From positions 30,628,001-30,692,000 of the forward strand of contig OZ024760.1 in NCBI GenBank assembly GCA_964016885.1: 64,000 nt of DNA, given 5' to 3'. Below the pieces are notes generated by a model. It did not search any database and was not told where the DNA came from. It saw nothing but the letters and a program-made list of their open reading frames with translations. The translations under genes were made by a program, and so were the position numbers. This document shows positions 58,829 through 64,000 of this stretch, piece by piece (position 1 is the stretch's first letter; every line of letters starts with the position of its first letter). The DNA is from Eledone cirrhosa. Taxonomy: Eukaryota.

Positions 58829-61104
58829 AATGTGTAATGTAATGTAATGTGTTAAGTAATGTAATGTAATGTGTAATGTAATGTAATGTGTAATGTAATG
58901 TAATGTAACGTAATGTACTGTAATGTAATCTGTAATGTAATGTAATGTAATGTAATGTAATGTAATGTAATGCAATGTGCAATGTAATGTAATGTAATGT
59001 AAAGTAATGTAACGTAATGTAACGTGTAATGTAATGTAATGTATAATGTAATGTAATGTAATGTAATGTAATGTAATGTAATGTAATGTTTAACGTAATG
59101 TAATGTAATGTAATGTAATGTAATGTAATGTAACGTGTAATATGTAATGTAATGTAATGTAATGTAATGTAATGTAATGTAATGTAATGTAATGTAATGT
59201 GTAATGTAATGTAATGTAATGTAATGTAATGTGTAATGTAATGTAATGTAATGTAATGTAATGTAATGTGTAATGTAATGTAATGTAATGTAATGTAATG
59301 TAATGTAATGTAATGTAATGTAATGTAACGTGTAATGTAATGTAATGTAATGTATAATGTAACGTAATGTAATGTAATGTGTAATGTCATGTAATGTAAT
59401 GTGTAATGTAATGTAATGTAATATAATGTAATGTAATGTAATGTAATGTAATGTAATGTAATGTAATGTAATGTAATGTAATGTAATGTAATGTAATGTA
59501 ATGTAATGTATAATGTAAGGTAACGTAATGTAATGTAACGTAATATAATGTGTAATATAATGTAATGTAATGTAATGTAATGTAATGTAATGTAATGTAA
59601 TGAAATGTAATGTAATGTAATGTAATGTGTAAGGTGTAATGTAATGTAATGTAATGTAATGTAATGTAATGTAATGTGATGTGTAATGTAATGTAATGTA
59701 ATGTAATGTAATGTGTAATGTAAGGTAATGTAATGGAATGCAATGTAATGTAATGTGTAATGTAATGTAATGTAATGTAATGTAATGTAATGTAATGTAA
59801 TGTAATGTGTAATGTAATGTAATGCAATGTAATGTAATGTGTAATGTAATGTAATGTAATGTAATGTGTAATGTAAGGCAATGTAATGTAATGTAATGTA
59901 ATGTGTAATGTAATGTAATGTAATGTAATGTGGAATGTAATGTAACGTAATGTAATGTAATGTAATGTGTAATGTAATGTAATGTAATGTAATGTAATAT
60001 AATGTGTAATATAATGTAATGTAATGTAATGTAATGTAATGTAGTATAATGTAATGTAATGTAATGTAATGTAAGGTAATGTAAGGTAATGTAATGTAAT
60101 GTGTAATATAATGTAATGTAATGTAATGTAATGTAATATAATGTGTAACGTAATGTAATGTAATGTAATGTAATGTAATATAATGTGTAATGTAATGTAA
60201 TGTAATGTAATGTAATGTAATGTAATGTAATGTAATGTAATGTAATGTAAGGTAATGTAATGTAATGTAATGTGTAATGAAATGTAATGTAATGTGTAAC
60301 GTAATGTAATGTAATGTAATGTAATGTAATATAATGTGTAATGTAATGTAATGTAATGTGTAATGTAATGTAATGTAATGTAATGTAATCTAATGTAATG
60401 TGTAATGTAATGTGTAATGTAATGTAATGTAATGTAATGTAATATAATGTAATGTAACGTGTAATGTAATGTAATGTAATGCAATGTTATGTAATGTAAT
60501 GTAATGTAATGTAATGTTATGTAATGTAATGTGTAATGTAATGTACTGTAATGTAATGTAATGTAGTGTAATGTAATGTAATGTGTAATGTAATGTAACG
60601 TAATGTGTATTGTAATGTAATGTAATGTAATGTATTGTAATGTAATGTAATGTAATGTGTAATGAAATGTAATGTGTAATGTAATGCATGTAATGTAATG
60701 TAATGTAAAGTGTAATGTAATGTAATGTAATGTAGTGTAATGTAATGTAATGTGATGTGTAACGTGTAATGTAATGTAATGTAATGTAATGTAATGTGTA
60801 ATGTAATGTAATGTAATGTAATATAATCTAATGTAATGTAATGTAATGTGTAATGTAATGTAATATAATGTAATGTGTAATGTAATGTACTGTGTAATGT
60901 CATGTAATGTAATATAATGTGTAATGTAATGTAATGTAATGTAATGTGTAATGTAATGTAATGTAATGTGTAATGTAATGGAATGTAATGTAATGTGTAA
61001 TGTAATGTGTAATGTAATGTAATGTAATGTAATGTAACGTAACGTGTAATGTAATGTGTAATGTAATATAATGTAATGTAAAGTAATGTAATGTAATGTA
61101 ATGT

Positions 61105-61108
61105 AAAA
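61105..61108 (-). terminator. Possible Pol III terminator (T4) immediately 3' of SINE copy 61112
   Basis: The minus strand reads ...GTAGAAACAATTATTTTAC. T4 runs are very rare elsewhere on this strand. Confidence 0.35.
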
Positions 61109-61111
61109 TAA

Positions 61112-61296
61112 TTGTTTCTACTTTAGGCCCAAGGCCAGCAATTACCCAGTGCATTACTGGTACTCTATTTTATCGACCCCGTAAGTATGAAAGGCAAAGA
61201 CAACCTCGGCGGGATTTGAACTCAGATCGTAAAGGGACATAACTATGCTGGAAAGCATGACATCCGACCCTCTACCGATACTGCCAATCCACCGCC
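61112..61296 (-). mobile_element. SINE-like element, full length, subtype E
   Basis: Diagnostic tactctatt, gtaagtatg, aaagacaacc, catgacatcc, and flank cgccatttgt. Confidence 0.88.
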
Positions 61297-61843
61297 ATTT
61301 GTAATGTAATGTAATGTAATGTAATGTAATGTAATATAATATAATATAATATAATATAATATAATATAATATAATATAATATAATATAATATTGTATAAT
61401 ATAATATGTAATGTAATGTAATGTAATGTAATGTGTAATGTAATGTAATGTAATGTAATTTAATGTAACGTAATGTAATGTAATGTAATGTGTAATGTAA
61501 TGTAATGTAATGTGTAATGTAATGTAATGTAATGTAATGTAATGTAATGTAATGTAATGTAATGTAATGTAATGTATAATGTAAGGTAACATAATGTCAT
61601 GTAACGTAATATAATGTGTAATATAATGTAATGTAATGTAATGTATTGTAATGTAATGTAATGTAATATATTGTAATGTAATGTAATGTAATGTAATGTA
61701 ATGTGTAATGTAATGTAATGTGTAATGTAATGCAATGTGTAATGTAATGTAATGTAATGTAATGTAATGTAATGTGTAATGTAATGTAATGTAATGTAAT
61801 GTAATGTAATGTTTAATGTAATGTAATGTGTAATGTAATGTAA

Positions 61844-62028
61844 TTGTTTCTACTTTAGGCACAAGGCCAGCAATTACCCAGTGCATTACTGTTACTCTAT
61901 TTTATCGACCCCGTAAGTATGAAAGGCAAAGACAACCTCGGCGGGATTTGAACTCAGATCGTAAAGGGACATAACTATGCTGGAAAGCATGACATCCGAC
62001 CCTCTACCGATACTGCCAATCCACCGCC
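61844..62028 (-). mobile_element. SINE-like element, full length, subtype E
   Basis: Shares subtype E variants with 61112; located 732 bp to the right. Confidence 0.88.
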
Positions 62029-64000
62029 ATTTGTAATGTAATGTAATGTAATGTAATGTAATGTAATGTAATGTAATGTAATATAATATAATATAATATA
62101 ATATAATATAATATAATATAATATAATATAACATTGTATAATATAATATGTAATGTAATGTAATGTAATGTAATGTGTAATGTAATGTAATGTAATGTAA
62201 TTTAATGTAACGTAATGTAATGTAATGTAATGTAATGTAATGTAATGTAATGTAATGTAATGTAATGTAATGTAATGTAATGTAATGTAATGTAATGTAA
62301 TGTATAATGTAAGGTAACGTAATGTCATGTAACGTAATATAATGTGTAATATAATGTAATGTAATGTAATGTAATGTAATGTAATGTAATGTAATGAAAT
62401 GTAATGTAATGTAATGTAATGTGTAAGGTGTAATGTAATGTAATGTAATGTAATGTAATGTAATGTAATGTAATGTAATGTAATGTAATGTAATGTAATG
62501 TAATGTAATGTAATGTGATGTGTAATGTAATGTAATGTAATGTAATGTAATGTGTAATGTAAGGTAATGTAATGGAATGCAATGTAATGTAATGTGTAAT
62601 GTAATGTAATGTAATGTAATGTAATGTAATGTAATGTAATGTGTAATGTAATGTAATGTAATGTAATGTAATGTAATGTGTAATGTAAGGTAATGTAATG
62701 TAATGCAATGTAATGTAATGTGTAATGTAATGTAATGTAATGTAATGTAATGTGTAATGTAAGGCAATGTAATGTAATGTAATGTAATGTGTAATGTAAT
62801 GTAATGTAATGTAATGTGGAATGTAATGTAACGTAATGTAATGTAATGTAATGTAATGTGTAATGTAATGTAATGTAATGTATTGTAATGTGTAATGTAA
62901 TGTAATTAAATGAAACGTAATGTGTAATGTAATGTAATGTAATGTGTAATGTAATGTAATGTAATGTAATGTAATGTAATGTAATGTGTAATGTAATGTA
63001 ATGTAATGTAATGTAATGTAATATGTAATGTAATGTTTAATGTAATGTAATGTAATGTAATGTAATATAATGTGTAATATAATGTAATGTAATGTAATGT
63101 AGTATAATGTAATGTAATGTAATGTAATGTAAGGTAATGTAAGGTAATGTAATGTAATGTGTAATGTAATGTAATGTAATGTAATGTAATGTAATATAAT
63201 GTGTAACGTAATGTAATGTAATGTAATGTAATGTAATATAATGTATAATGTAATGTAATGTAATGTAATGTAAGGTAATGTAATGTAATGTAATGTAATG
63301 TAATGTAATGTAATGTAAGGTAATGTAATGTAATGTAATGTAATGTGTAATGAAATGTAATGTAATGTGTAACGTAATGTAATGTAATGTAATGTAATGT
63401 AATGTGATATAATGTGTAATGTAATGTAATGTAATGTGTAATGTCATGTAATGTAATGTAATGTAATGTAATCTAATGTAATGTGTAATGTAATGTGTAA
63501 TGTAATGTAATGTAATGTAATGTAATGTAATGTAATATAATGTAATGTAACGTGTAATGTAATGTAATGTAATGCAATGTTATGTAATGTAATGTGTAAT
63601 GTAATGTAATGTAATGTAATGTAATGTTATGTAATGCAATGTGTAATGTAATGTACTGTAATGTAATGTAATGTAGTGTAATGTAATGTAATGTGTAATG
63701 TAATGTAACGTAATGTGTAATATAATGTAATGTAATGTAATGTATTGTAATGTAATGTAATGTAATGTGTAATGAAATGTAATGTGTAATGTAATGTGAT
63801 GTAATGTAATGTAATGTAAAGTGTAATGTAATGTAATGTAATGTAGTGTAATGTAATGTAATGTGATGTGTAACGTGTAATGTAATGTAATGTAATGTAA
63901 TGTAATGTAATGTGTAATGTAATGTAATGTAATGTAATATAATCTAATGTAATGTAATGTAATGTGTAATGTAATGTAATATAATGTAATGTGTAATGTA

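Larger units (their letters stand above)
1..64000. repeat. (GTAAT)n / (ATTAC)n pentanucleotide satellite array, extending beyond both window edges
   Basis: GTAAT is repeated continuously from base 1 to 64000 in one orientation. It is interrupted only by point or indel variants (GTGTAAT, GTAAC, ATAAT, GTCAT, GTAAG etc.) and the SINE-like inserts. Confidence 0.99.
59500..64000. repeat. ~2.9-3.1 kb diverged duplication (59.5-60.9 kb recurs at 62.3-64.0 kb)
   Basis: ggaatgcaat, gtaaggcaat, gtggaat, gtagtataat, gcaatgttat and gtgatgtgtaac appear in the same order in both blocks. Confidence 0.78.

Noticed and set aside
8601-62028. CRISPR-like arrangement of conserved repeats with variable spacers
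   Set aside because: The repeats are 185 bp with Pol III boxes, the 'spacers' are kilobases of satellite, and there are no cas genes or prokaryotic context.
1155-63447. Numerous long minus-strand ORFs (up to 1000 aa) of poly-YITLH / YYIIL
   Set aside because: (ATTAC)n gives only TAC, ATT, ACA, TTA and CAT codons, so all three frames are open by construction. The ORFs overlap in all frames, have no domains, and their starts are random variants.
1-64000. Telomeric repeat array
   Set aside because: There is no TTAGGG/TTAGG-type G-run. The array has kb-scale internal duplications and embedded SINEs, and no chromosome end is visible.

Overview
The whole 64 kb window is a eukaryotic (GTAAT)n/(ATTAC)n pentanucleotide satellite array with no credible protein-coding gene. 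All listed ORFs are poly-YITLH artefacts of the stop-free ATTAC strand. The only non-satellite sequence is 15 co-oriented minus-strand copies of one ~185-bp tRNA-derived SINE-like element: 11 full-length, three identical-boundary 78-bp internal fragments and one 105-bp 5'-truncated copy. It has Pol III A/B boxes and, from my recollection only, resembles octopus/cephalopod SINEs. Its 3' end runs directly into (ATTAC)n. The array is punctuated by GTGTAAT heptamers, about 29 polarised (ATAAT)n islands and rare variant 'words' that reveal nested duplications of 0.7-16 kb. The most interesting signals are: (i) a SINE-satellite composite whose Pol III promoters point into a nearly terminator-free satellite; (ii) filled versus empty paralogous sites for the truncated SINE copies; (iii) positional SINE subfamilies defined largely by CpG transitions. 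Coordinates were counted by eye, and the repeat-block boundaries are approximate.
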